Source of the DNA: Haliotis rubra
Lineage: Eukaryota
Direction of reading: 5' to 3'
Assembly: GCF_003918875.1 (NCBI RefSeq)
Contig: NW_025766002.1
Span: forward strand, 6,820,001 to 6,884,000
Length of the DNA: 64,000 nucleotides
Part shown: piece after piece, positions 12,626 to 25,415 of the stretch
Layout: the number at the start of each line of letters is the position of its first letter
Numbering within the stretch: position 1 is the stretch's first letter
Translations under genes and position numbers: made by a program
The notes under the pieces: model-generated
The model's input: the letters and a program-made list of their open reading frames with translations, nothing else
Told to the model about the DNA's origin: nothing
Database searches by the model: none

Positions 12626-12754
12626 GGGAGCGGCGGGGTAGCCTAGTGGTTAAAGCGTCCGCTCGTTACGCCGAAGACAGATGGGTACAATGTTTGAAGC
12701 CCCTGAAGCTGGAATGTTGCTAAAAGCGGCGTAAAACTAGACTGTCTCACTCAC
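12626..12754 (+). mobile_element. SINE family A, internally deleted
   Basis: ggggtagcctagtggttaaagcg...ctaaaagcggcgtaaaactagac..tcactcact. Confidence 0.9.
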
Positions 12755-14310
12755 TTTGGTCACTCATTGGTCAAAATTAGAAGTCAACGCATTGCTATCA
12801 TAAAATATTTGAAAGTTCACTGAGCCCTCAGATGCTTTAATGATCACAATATGTTTAAGTTATTAATTTGGTCAATAAATACGATAAAATACATTAATCC
12901 ATGAAGGGGGTGGATATAAATCTACATATTAATGTGGCATGGTTTCAGTCGATATTCATTCTGAATCACCCACAGTGGGTACTAACAAACTGCAAGCTGG
13001 CGTAAAACTGTCAACTGCGCAGAATGTTCCTTGATGTCAGGCTTTATTTAATTGTACCATGATTGTAATACAATCTTCACTGTGACAGTTTGTTTACATG
13101 CTGTGAATTGTGTTCTTTACAGCACAAAGGATGTTGATGAAAACAATCAGCCCACATATCTAAAGCTTATGTCATCTCCAGATTCAGTGTCCGCAATTGG
13201 GTCAAGTATCAGCTGTACAGATTTATTGATCATAAGATCATTTGTACACAGGATAAATCATAAACAGCATATGTTCATTTTATAAATACATGTAAAATAC
13301 GAGACCACATAAGTGTCATTTTCCCCCCAAATTCTATGCATTCATATACAAATCCCATGATGAAAAGAATTAGGTGAACTAGTGTTACAAATTATTAACA
13401 TATCTAAGGGTGCAATGAGGGTCATATACTTTGAATACATATTATATTGATATCAAATTACAAATGCAATAAGACTGTAAGAACTATGACAGAACAGTCA
13501 TAATGGTTCTCATTTAGCATTGAAAAGTATTATTAATCTCTAGACAACACATCAGCGAATATATTGACAGTCGTATGTATGTCATGCTGGCAGCGCCTGA
13601 CTTTGGCCACCAGCTGTTTGTATAGATGTGCTACTGACACATATGTCAAGCAATCGTTTGATAACACGTGAATATTTAACCGTTTCATTGATACAATGCA
13701 GAATCCTGACACATTAACGCGTATTGGGAAATCTGGGTCTGATACTTACATTGATATGCTTCGTGACGTGTTCGATCGGTCATCTGACAGAAAGCCGTGC
13801 TTGAGACTGATGTGAAACTAAGGGTAAAATATCTACACTTTGCGATTCTTCTAATTTTGTAATTTATACCTATACTGTGACGTATCATGAACATCGTTAA
13901 GAAGATTGATGTCGTCGTCGTCGTCGTCGTTATCAATGGAGTCACAGGTGTCGTTTGTCACAAGGTCAACGCCGTGACAGACACGACAACCATCGGGGAC
14001 AGGGGATGGTTTAACACTGACAATCTTCAAATGAGTGAGTGAGTGAGCGAGCAATTTAATGCCTCTTCAAGAACTATTTCAGTTACATCACAGTGTGTCA
14101 GGCTGATGTGGGAGGGAAGCCCGAAGTAATTTTACGACATCATTGACGTGAGGCAAAGACGCATATCGTTGCTTGAGGTGAAGTGACATTTGGGCTTGAC
14201 GACGAGTTTGAGTTTACTGCAATAGTATAACGACTACCGATCATCGCTCTCCGGGCAGAGATCTGCCCACAATGGTGAAACTCACAAGCACAAGACAAAC
14301 TGGAAACAGA

Positions 14311-14472
14311 GAGTGAGTGAATTTAGTTTTATGCCGCTTCTAGAATTTTCCAGCAATATCATGGCGGGGACACCAGAAATGGGCTTCACACATTGTACCC
14401 ATGTGGGGAATCGAACCCGGGTGTTTGGCGTGACGAGCGAACACTTTAACCACTAGGCTACCCATCCGCCCC
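14311..14472 (-). mobile_element. SINE family A, full length
   Basis: 12-bp TSD actggaaacaga. Confidence 0.95.
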
Positions 14473-15444
14473 ACTGGAAACAGAATCAGAGTGAATCTTG
14501 TATTAAAGAGCATGATGTATGTCTCGGGCACAGTCTTGGTTCAAAAAAGGCTTGGTTAAATTGATATTATATCCGAAAGTATCCACACAGTTAAGTATTT
14601 GTTAAAACTGACTCCGTGTTTTATCCAGCATCAAGGTAAACAGAGTTGTTCACGTCGCTGGAGGAGAGATTTCTCATGTTGCGCAAAACAACACTCCAAC
14701 CGTTCGATTGTAACTACGGTTGCTCACGTTTCAAGTGCATTCGAATTTCACAGATGGGACTTCGGGCATGTACAGGCAAGACCCCTATGTTACATCTATT
14801 TATTTACTTAACTGTACTTCAAATAACGAATGAACCTAGCGATATCCGATGTTAAGTAACTGATCGATTGGGCATAGCCTGTGATGCAACAACGATCTGA
14901 TGCACAGGGTGTTATGGAGTTCTGTAAACACACTAGTTTACGTCAGGTCTTGATAACACGCCGGCAGCAGAGTGAAAGGAGACGGGCCCAGGCGGACTGA
15001 TTACGACGTTGCGTAACGTCAACGTCGTTATCGGAACCTGCGTCGCGTTAGTGCAGACATTGGCATTAATCACCGCAACTTGATAAATGATGGTCAGCAC
15101 TGGTCGACAACAGAGCGAGGCCTCCCTGCCGTTAACGCGTCGGTGCGAGGAGTGATGGATGACGTGCTACAGTTTTGCACCTGCACAAATTCTTGATTGG
15201 TTGGAGCCACAATTTTTAATGTGAGGATTCATTGTAACCCAAATAGATCATATGTAATGGACATTGGCGCTGCTCAAGCTGTTCCAGTAGACACAATTGT
15301 TTGTTTTTGAAACTGAAATATATTTCATTACAACTAAGCTGCGTACATAAGGTCCCAGCAGATACACACAGGGAAGAAATATCCAAATCTATATTTATAT
15401 CTATGCATCCTGATAACTGTCTTTAAATGAATGGTAGCTTATGA

Positions 15445-15671
15445 CAGTGTATGAAATATGGCCCGTCCGACCGCCTGAGACGGTCTAGATTTCTGACGAA
15501 CGGTCTAAATTTACAGCTAGCCAGCCCGATGGTCTGGTAAAAGTTTTAGATGTTCCATATATCTGAGTAAATTCACCATATTTAGTGTGGTTAAATCCAT
15601 TTTGGGCGGGTAACATTTTGAAGTTACCAGCCCTGATGTCTGTCTGGATTTTTGGCTTATTTCATACACTG
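15445..15671. mobile_element. MITE with cagtgtatgaaata TIRs and 7-bp TSD (hAT- or P-like)
   Basis: 14-bp perfect TIR; TSD cttatga; second copy at 43744-43970. Confidence 0.85.
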
Positions 15672-17498
15672 CTTATGATCTATTAATATTTATCAAATTT
15701 ATCGTTAAAATTTCAAATGTAAGTTTCCCTAACTGGTTAAAGTCGAATATAATAAATTGCGTATTTCAAAGAAAGAAACCCTCTTCATATCGTCACTCTG
15801 GGAGTAAATACAGTTACTCCCGTAATGTAAAGTTTCCCCTACAACAAATATAAATTAACCCCTCCCCTTGACATCGCCAATATTTCTCCATCCTTAACTT
15901 GCGACGTCATCTCTCACCCCAACCCCCGACCGCCCTTACATCCTCTCCCAAACCATAACGACACCCCTTTAGCGTTTTAATCTCAGAACCTTGACGATCG
16001 ACGTTTCTTCCCAAACAAACTGAATCTTTGATAAACCAATACCCTTCAGGCAAAATCCAATTTCCCATTTTCCCGCCAAATCTGAACCATTAGGGGCCGG
16101 ATACGACCGGGTTAAGGGGGGAGAGGGGGGGTTCCTTCATGCTTGACCACTGTCAGAGGTCACGGTCAACTGAAAGGTGAGGGTCGTTCTTTGGAAAAAT
16201 GGCTATCTGATAGTTGATTATCGGATGTCAAACGACCTTACAGCACGACTCGGGCGTGTACAATTGGTTGGAATCGACAACCAAGATTCAAGGCCTGGTA
16301 ATAAATTTCCTCCTAGACCCAGTTTGCCCCCGGCCAGTTTGTGAAGAAGATCCCACTATAGAACGCCGAAGTGGTGGGTCAACCAGCTGCCTAGTGGCCA
16401 ACGAGGACCAGAACGGAGTGACAGGTTATGCAATGACCATTCAAACAGTTTCTATTGATCGTGAAAACTGTCGAACAGCTATTTTCTCCGCTCTGACAGT
16501 AATCGGGTCTTGTTTCCGGTTTAACACTGACCTTCAATAAACCATTACAGCAACTGATTCTTTTTATTTATCCCCCCTTCCCCTCCAGCGTTCTTGGTGT
16601 CTTGAGGAACAAACAATGATCATCTATTCAAATGGGTAGGTTAATTCAACTGTCAATGTTAGATTGCCTTAACCCAACAGCAATCAGATTCGATAACAAA
16701 ACGGTAGTAAATTCTGCCTGAAAAGGCGATTTTCTGCTGACTGAGTTAAGCTGCATATCTGTGACTAAACGGATGCTTACACTGGACATCTGGTGTTATC
16801 ATACCAGATTTAAAACGTAAATACTGATTTCTTTCGCCATTCAGCAGCTGCCAGCATTTAAACGCCATCAACTTCTAAATCTAAACGATGTCTCCAAAAA
16901 TAATAAAAGAAGAAGCCCAAGCAACGTGCATATGAACAGTTGACTTATGAAAACACACACATACATGGAGTTTCAGAAAACATGCACGAGGACAAAAAAT
17001 GTTTTTCAATCATTACACGATACATCCGAAGGTTTAAATATGTAACACGATAGCATTTCTTCACGTTTTTTTCTCAACAATCTGCTTTCTCAAAAAAAAC
17101 GAAAAAAAATAATCAAAAGAGCACACGACAGAAGAGAATGGGATAAAGATTCTGAAAAGTAAGTTCACTTTTCCCCAAAATTCGCAAAACATACCATATC
17201 TCTTTTGATACGTATTCAGTATATCTGGTTATGCAAATAAAAATAATATTTTATACACTTCTAAATAGCGATTTGTGCTTTACAAAAACTTTGTTATCCC
17301 TATATGTTGTGTACTAAAATGAAACTTATTACTGTAGCTAATTTGTCATGGCAGATTAAATGAAGTAATATTAAAGAATCTGGTGTTCTTCTACTTCTTT
17401 TAAGCAGTATATATCAAGAGTATCATAGATTAAAATGATTCGTTGTAGTTTGGGGGAAACAGCTTTTCAGTATGTTAGTCGACCATAAAGACAGATAC

Positions 17499-17702
17499 TA
17501 GACTAACAACTAGTCTCTGAAATGAATATATTTTACTGAAAAAAGTTCATAGTAAAACAATTTATAATATAATGAAAAGGAGCCCTGAGACTTTCTTCAT
17601 TTTCAGAAGCCCTGAAGCTGAGGAAATCTAGACTTGCCACATTTTCTAGACTTGGGTGGGCTTTCTTTGATATATTTGCTTCAGGGTATGTACGACAGAC
17701 TA
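17499..17702 (-). mobile_element. TAG..CTA MITE subfamily 2 (AcademH-like)
   Basis: Perfect 9-bp TSD gacagatac (17490-17498 / 17703-17711). Confidence 0.85.
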
Positions 17703-18286
17703 GACAGATACAAGCATACTTCGTTATTCGCCTCAGCTATAACAACACTAATGGATAACGATTCACCACATTAAAACAAACAGAAAACTTTGCGATGTTA
17801 AAAATTCATAACGCAGACAGCACATGTGAGCGAAAGTTAGCAATGGTGTTATTGATCACCAATAACTCCACTGAGATACCGAACGCACGAAACGTGTATT
17901 AAGAAAGTTCGTCAGGTTCAACTCTGTAGCAACTTCCCCATGACCTTGGCTTGAGAAATCTGCTGACCAAGTGATATTGTTTGACCAGTCCAGCCGGGGT
18001 TGCAGCCTGGTCACATGTTGTTTGCGTCTTCACCTTCAGCATCTGCTATGTTTTACACGGAAACCTGTTTGGGAAACAAACACGCTGACCCAAAAGCTCT
18101 TTCCCGGAAGGTACTCTCCACATCTCCGTGTCCCGACCCATCTCCACCCTTCTCAAACCCTGGGGCCGATACTGTCCTTGTTCTAGTTTTACTGGGTCAA
18201 CACCTCCCCCCAATAGCAACCTAATCTCTCTCTACCCGCCCGTTTAACTCGCACCCCTTCCCACGCACCCACCCGCCATCCCCAAC

Positions 18287-18352
18287 ATCACCTGTCTAGA
18301 ATCACCTGTCTACCATCACGTGTCTACCCCACCTGTCTACCCCACTACCTGT
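18287..18352. repeat. Short tandem repeat of cacctgtcta (about 13-14-bp period)
   Basis: Four to five imperfect copies visible. Confidence 0.8.
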
Positions 18353-21300
18353 GTGAAAAAAATCAGCCTTATTTATTACTAATTCCTATCCCCTTTAAAC
18401 CCCCATTTAACCCCCCTCTCTATACTGCCACCCCACCAAAACATAACACGTTCCCATGACCCCTCCGACACCAAGGTTAATTTCATTATCTGATTACGTC
18501 TTTCTTTTTAAAATTGAAATCAAATGTAATCTCTTGGTACTGTAAATAACACTGATGTGCCACACACTATTACATACACTTCCCCCTTGTAGAACTTAGG
18601 ACACCGCACCCTGAAGTTAGAAACTTGGCAAGGGTATTCCTCGAACGTCGACTTCGTTTGTGGGTTTAGTACATGCACTGCCGTAGAGCATGTTGTCAGT
18701 GGACTTGCAGAGGGGTGAAGACGGAACAGCGGAGATGCGGACATAGGATGCTTCAGCGGAGGTTCACCTTGGCAGAGCATACCACAGCGTTGGTGCAGGT
18801 TGGCAGTAAGTGCAAGACCACCTGTTTGTATACACCTAGGTCAGTGGTTCTCAGTTTCTCACGTGCACATGGTGTCGACACGGTTTGCACGTGCAGATAA
18901 CGAACCGGCGGGGTGGGAAAACTTTGTTGATTGTTAGCCAATGAAGACTCGAGGCGAGATTGGATCTGGTTCAATTACACTTGGAGCGTTTTGGGCTGAG
19001 GAGTGTTTTCACTGAAAAGGAATTAATTTTAATGTATGCTGTGGGTTTGGTATAAGGTGTTTCTCACGCAAGAACAGGGAAGATGTCAGATTGGACTTCA
19101 CGCCAGAAATAGGTGCACTAAAGCCTAGATTTAAAAGTACAGTCTGTGTTGTTTTAACGCTGCTCCATGCAATAAAGCCTGCAGAGGTTGTACAAAGCGG
19201 AAGACTAAAATAAAGGCATTTATCTCGTAAACTCATGAGGGGAGTGGAACCCAAGTCTTCAAAGTGACGAGTTGACCCACCCTGGTAATTGATTGGATTC
19301 GACAATATTGTCTCTTTTTGCGTTATGAGAGTGAATTCGGTTGCAAAATGGTTTTGATTGTATTTATATGTCACTTTAATGTTGGAATTGTGCAAGTGTG
19401 GTGAAATCGTATACAGTTTGGTGAGACCAACGAGCACAAATGGTGCAGAGAAACCCTTGCCTGTCTTAATCACGGGATTCGAACCAGCAATCAGCAGACA
19501 TTTGCAGGAATAGGATACAGTCACATACTGTAATCCCATTACGTCCCCAGAACATCAAACAGAAGACCACTCTGAAAATTGAGCCAAGATCTCCCAGAGA
19601 ATTATTTTAGGAAAAAAAACACACTGCAGGATAAAATGTATGTCTGGTTTCATTAGAACACATAAATCCCGGCCAGTGTCCAGCTGGTTCAGTTGATGGG
19701 AACAATAATTTGTTTTCAGACAATTAAAACTATGTAAGTGTTGAGGATACCTCACAACTACACAGTAATATGAATTCCATTTCGGAAAAAAACCCTAATT
19801 GTGTCATGTGTTCAGACTGAAAGGCAGCTCGTCAATACGTTGCTTAAGGTTGTTGACGATCAAAGTTGACCCTCCGAAATGTCCAAGCCCTAGGTCAGGG
19901 ACCAACTGGTAACCTTTTCACAGGAGGCTAGTATTTCGGGGATGTTGAAAGATGACGGGAACGCATAGCTGCCACTTCGTGGAATTCCGCTCCAGCTCCG
20001 AGTAGCTCGTTAATAACGTCATTACGTTGACGCGACTGAAATGCCCGGATGACGTCGAAAGCGACAAATCTCCCACATCTTCCAGCCTCTAATTAGGCGT
20101 ACTCGGTTAGACTTTTATAACCATACTGAATCGTCGGGGGTTGGGAAGGGGGAGAGGTTAGGGGTTGGGCTGGGAGAATCTCATCTCATCAATGGTTTTA
20201 GGTGCTTTTTTCATTTGACCGTTCCAAATATTTACAAATAACCCCCTGGAGGTGTATTTTGTCATTTTGGCAATTCTTTGGGTTATGACCGTCAAAATAT
20301 CAGTTGGTTTTCAGCGATACCGCGCTCCAAGACACAGGAGACATTTTAAAAGCTGCCTCGAGGAATATTCTTCCCTACAAATCATAGGAAATACTCGACT
20401 TGTTAAAATTGAAAAAAGAGCGGCTTTATTTTTAGAATGAAGGGATATTTTGCCCAAGAGGCATTAATAACATTGGATCTACAAGAAACTTGTGGTACAG
20501 CGCGTCAGTAAGATGGCAAATATTGATTCCTGAAACCTCACACAATCAGTGACGGAAGCTGGATCAACTGGAGTTTTTGTCTTGATAAAAAAGGTAATGA
20601 AGTGAAGGTACTGATAGGACTAAAACCTTGGTGCAAATAAACTCGTGGGCTTGACCGTCCTACTTTAGAATATTAACGATCTCTCAACATTCTAAGCTGT
20701 GTTGTTTTTCATGTTTTCTATCGCCCCAACAGAAAACAGTAGAACAAGTCTGCTTCTTCAGTTAACTGTTGGTATTGACTCAAACATTTGGATTCCTCTT
20801 GTCATTCTTAGGATTATTATTTTCATAATTCGTTAAAACATACTTTGCAGTGACGAATAATTCTTAATGCACACGCAACGTACAAGTCACACAAGTAATT
20901 GCCCACCAAGAGGTGATGAAATACGAATTGGTCACTACGTGATGAATATATGGTGTTAATTTGCATAAATGCGTGTGAATCAGTTATGCAGAAACTATTA
21001 ACCATACGTACATATGCAACAACCAAACATCAATAAATGAATACGTAATACGTTGGCTGCTCATATTTTCAGTTCATAGTCGATTATTACCGCCAACAGC
21101 ATGAGAAGGGTTGGTGGTCCAATTGATTCCAGTTGTCTAAACAAGATAGGCCTCATCTCGTCAGATAGGACAGGCGATATTTAGACCTGTCTGTGGGTGA
21201 GTCCCACGGGATGTGTTAATAAAGTGTCTTCCAGACATGATACACGTCGAAAGCTTTAGCACGCAAGTAGGGGTCCGGCAGGGAGACCTCCTGACAGCTG

Positions 21301-22244
21301 TTTTGTTTTCGTTACGCGCACACAAACTTGCCGGGTGGTTGGTACAATTACGCAACCCTTACGAGACACTTATCAAGATGTTAACCAAAACGTTCGCGGC
21401 GGTAATCATCCAAAGCTCCCCCTCTTTCCGCCCATGCTTCTTCTGACGCTCAGCAATTAGCCGTTCTTCGTAATTACGGGTTACGATGCGTACTAATCTT
21501 AGTATTTAATTTGAAAGAGCCTGCGGGCTAGGGCTCGTATATAGACTGCCAGAGGATAAGAATGGTTTTTCAGTGTGAACGTTGTACACCTATATCCGAC
21601 AACCACTACTTTACATACGCAAGCCACGCACTTTGGGAATTACTGGGCGTTAACTGGGTATTTTTGACAAGAGAATTACAAAGTGTTATGTATGTCCTTT
21701 ATAGTGTAGGTGTGATTTCAACACAGCAGTCAACTGCGAGTTAATTATCATGGTAACCAGTGCCGACATGATCACTGGACATTATTTTAATTATTTTAGG
21801 TATCAGGTTACCGAATCAATTTTAGTATCGCAAAATCCAAGTGACTCCACGAGTCTGGTGTAAATGAAATACCAAGGTTTGTTTCTGTATTACATGAAAT
21901 AAAGATTAATTTATCTACATCATATAACTTAAGAGGAGGATAGAGTCTGTGTGAGGGTAGAGTGTTTGGGTGAGCGTGAGTTCATACGACTCTCCTATTG
22001 TCTTTTGTGCAACCAGGTCAAAGGATTGTAGGTCTGTTTTCTAAAAAAACATATTACCCCCCACGCCTCCCTCCACAGTTACCCCTCAATGAACCGTCAC
22101 AGTTTTATGTCGTTTTATTCGAGCGACGCTATTTATTAACCCCTTGTGGGTGTCGAACCCAATCTCTCGATGTGTCGAGTGAACATTATCCTCCAGGTTT
22201 CCAAGAGCCTTTTACCAGCTCGCAACAACCAAATCATAGGTAGA

Positions 22245-22411
22245 ATGAGTGAGTGAGTTTTAGTTTTACGCCGCTTTTAGCAATATTCCAGCAATATCAC
22301 GGCGGGGGACACCACAAATAGGCTTCACACATTGTACCCATGTGGGGAATCGAACCAGGGTTTTCAGCGTGACGAGCGAACGCTTTAACCATTAGGCTAC
22401 CCAATCGCCCC
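22245..22411 (-). mobile_element. SINE family A, full length
   Basis: 11-bp TSD tcataggtaga. Confidence 0.95.
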
Positions 22412-23309
22412 TCATAGGTAGAGACTTACGTAAGATTAATATGTACGACTTGTATGGACACTCAAAGGCATGCTATGTACTATAACCTGAAGGCAATAAA
22501 TTACAGGGCATTGACACGTGTCCTGTTAGACACAAGAGCTCCTGAAAGTACACAGGGTGTATAAGCAATGGGGAACTCCTAATGATCCTCTTTGGCTGTG
22601 ATTCTCCCTGATGGCACAACTCCTCAGATTCTGGAGATGGCAACAACCTGTCACTTTTTTTTGATGACTTTCAAAAATAAACTTGTAACCAGGGGGCCCT
22701 GGTGTTAATACTTGTGGCCCTTCTAGTTTTTCGTTGTAGATAGATGTAGTTTTGATCGTATGTCTTTGATCTGTGATTTACTGCGCCATGGAAGTATTGA
22801 TTATTGTGTCTGACTCATTGAAATAGATTAATTATCGATTTTGATACTCTGTTGCAACTGAGAACTTGACATAATACAGAAGCTTGTATCAATACCTACG
22901 TCATGTTCAAGAAGAAGGCTTTTATCAATATGTTATTTACATCAGTAGATCAGTAAGAAAGTGGCTGGCGTTAATCTGGCGAATATCAAAGTAAATCTCA
23001 GTTTGTGCTTCTTCTATAAGGAGTGACTTGTGTTCATCGACACGTGGAACAATGTTTTATGTCATGTCTGGATGATATGGGAGGGATGAACTGCGAATGT
23101 TGCTGACATTTACAGGTTTAGCGTTTGTTGGCTGGCAATATTGGACACGAACCATCAGTAAACTGAACATACTCTACTTGGCCAAATAGGTATGATTTGA
23201 AGAGCATAGATATACATCGTGGACAGAAACGTATTGACCAGCGATCAGAGACACATGAAATGAACAGACACACCCATACACATACACATCTGCGGGCACA
23301 CACACAGGC

Positions 23310-25415
23310 TGCACACAAGGACATACACAACAGTGAGCATAGACACTGGCCTTTCACAGGAACATACACATCATCGACTATAGACACAGGAATTACACAA
23401 CAGTGAGCATAGACACAGGTCAACCACAGAAACAAACACAGCAGTGAGCATAGACACAGGAATTACACAACAGTGAGCATAGACACAGGCTTCATACAGG
23501 AACATACACAAGAGTGAGTATAGACACAGGCCCATCATTGGAACACACACAACAGTGAGCATAGACACAGGAACATGCACAAGAGTGAGCACAGACACAG
23601 GAGGCACACAAGAACACACACACGAGTGAGTATAGGCACAGGAACATGCACAACAGTGAGCATAGACACAGGAGGCACACAGGAACAAACATATGAGTGA
23701 GCATAGACACAGGCCTCACACAAGAACATACACAACGGGGACCATAGTGAGCACAACAGTGAACATAGACACAGGAGGCACACAGGAACACACACACAAG
23801 AGTGAGCATAGGCACAGGAACATACACAAGAGTGAGCATAGACACAGGAGGCACGCAGGAACAAACACACGAGTGAGCATAGACACAGGCCACCCACAGG
23901 TACATGCACAACAGTGAGCATAGACACAGGCCTCACACAGGAACATACTCAACAGTGAGCATAGACACAGGAGGCACACAGGAACATACTCAACAGTGAG
24001 CATAGACACAGGCCACCCACAGGTACATGCACAACAGTGAGCATAGACACAGGCCTCACACAGGAACATACAGAACAAGGAACATACAGAACAGTGAGCA
24101 TAGATACAGGCATCACACAGGAACATACTCAACAGTGAGCATAGACACAGGCCTCACACAGGAACATGCACAACAGTGAGCATAGACACAGGCCTCACAC
24201 AGGAACATGCACAACAGTGAGCATAGACACAGGCCTCACACAGGAACATACAGAACAGTGAGCATAGACACAGGCCTCACACAGGAACATACTCAACTTC
24301 GAGCATAGACACAGGCCTCATACAGGCACATGCACAACAGTGAGCATAGACACAGGCCTCACACAGGAACATACTCAACAGTGAGCATAGACACAGGCCT
24401 CACACAGGAACATGCACAACAGTGAGCATCGACACAGGCTTCACACAGGAACATACTCAACAGTGAGCATAGACACAGGCCACCCACAGATACATGCACA
24501 ACAGTGAGCATAGACACAGGCCTCACACAGGTACATACACAACAGTGAGCATCGACACAGGCATCACACAGGAACATACTCAACAGTGAGCATAGACACA
24601 GGCCACCCACAGGTACATGCACAACAGTGAGCAGACACAGGCCTCACACAGGGCCTCACACAGGAGCACGACACAGGAGGCACACAGGAACATAGTGACA
24701 CAGGACACAGGCCTCACACAGGAACATACTCAACAGTGAGCATAGACACAAGCCAGTGAGGAACATACAGAACAGTGAGCATAGATACAGGCATCACACA
24801 ATATACTCAACAGTGAACATAGACACAGGCCTCACACACAGGCCTCAACAGTGAGCATAGACACAGGCCTCACACAGGTACATGCACAACAGTGAGCATA
24901 GACACAGGCCTCACACAGGAACATACTCAACAGTGAGCATAGACACAGGAGGCACACAGGAACATACTCAACAGTGAGCATAGACACAGGCCACCCACAG
25001 GTACATGCACAACAGTGAGCATAGACACAGGCCTCACACAGGAACATACAGAACAAGGAACATACAGAACAGTGAGCATACATACAGGCATCACACAGGA
25101 ATATACTCAACAGTGAGCATAGACACAGGCCACCCACAGGAACATACACAACAATGAGCATAGACACAGGCCTCACACAGGAACATACACAACAGTGAGC
25201 ATAGACACAAGCCTCACACAGGAACATACACAACGGTGAGCATAGACACAGGAGGCACTTATGAGCACACAACAGTGATCATAGACACAGGCCACCCACA
25301 GGAACATACACAGCCGTGAGCGTAGACACAGGCCTCACACAGGAACATATACAGCCGTGAGCGTAGACACAGGCCTCACACAGGAACATACTCAACATCG
25401 AGCGTAGACACAGGC
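23310..25415. repeat. 41-bp minisatellite (acaggaacatactcaacagtgagcatagacacaggcctcac)n
   Basis: About 50 tandem variant copies; strong A/C strand skew; source of Cys/Val/Met-rich spurious ORFs. Confidence 0.95.

Noticed and set aside
19009-19539. 176-aa ORF on the minus strand
   Set aside because: No recognisable domain or splice context; includes a tRNA/SINE-like B-box fragment; plausible as a chance ORF
23118-25272. Multiple Cys-rich ORFs; possible CRISPR-like array
   Set aside because: Overlapping frames of a 41-bp minisatellite; no unique spacers, no cas genes, eukaryotic context
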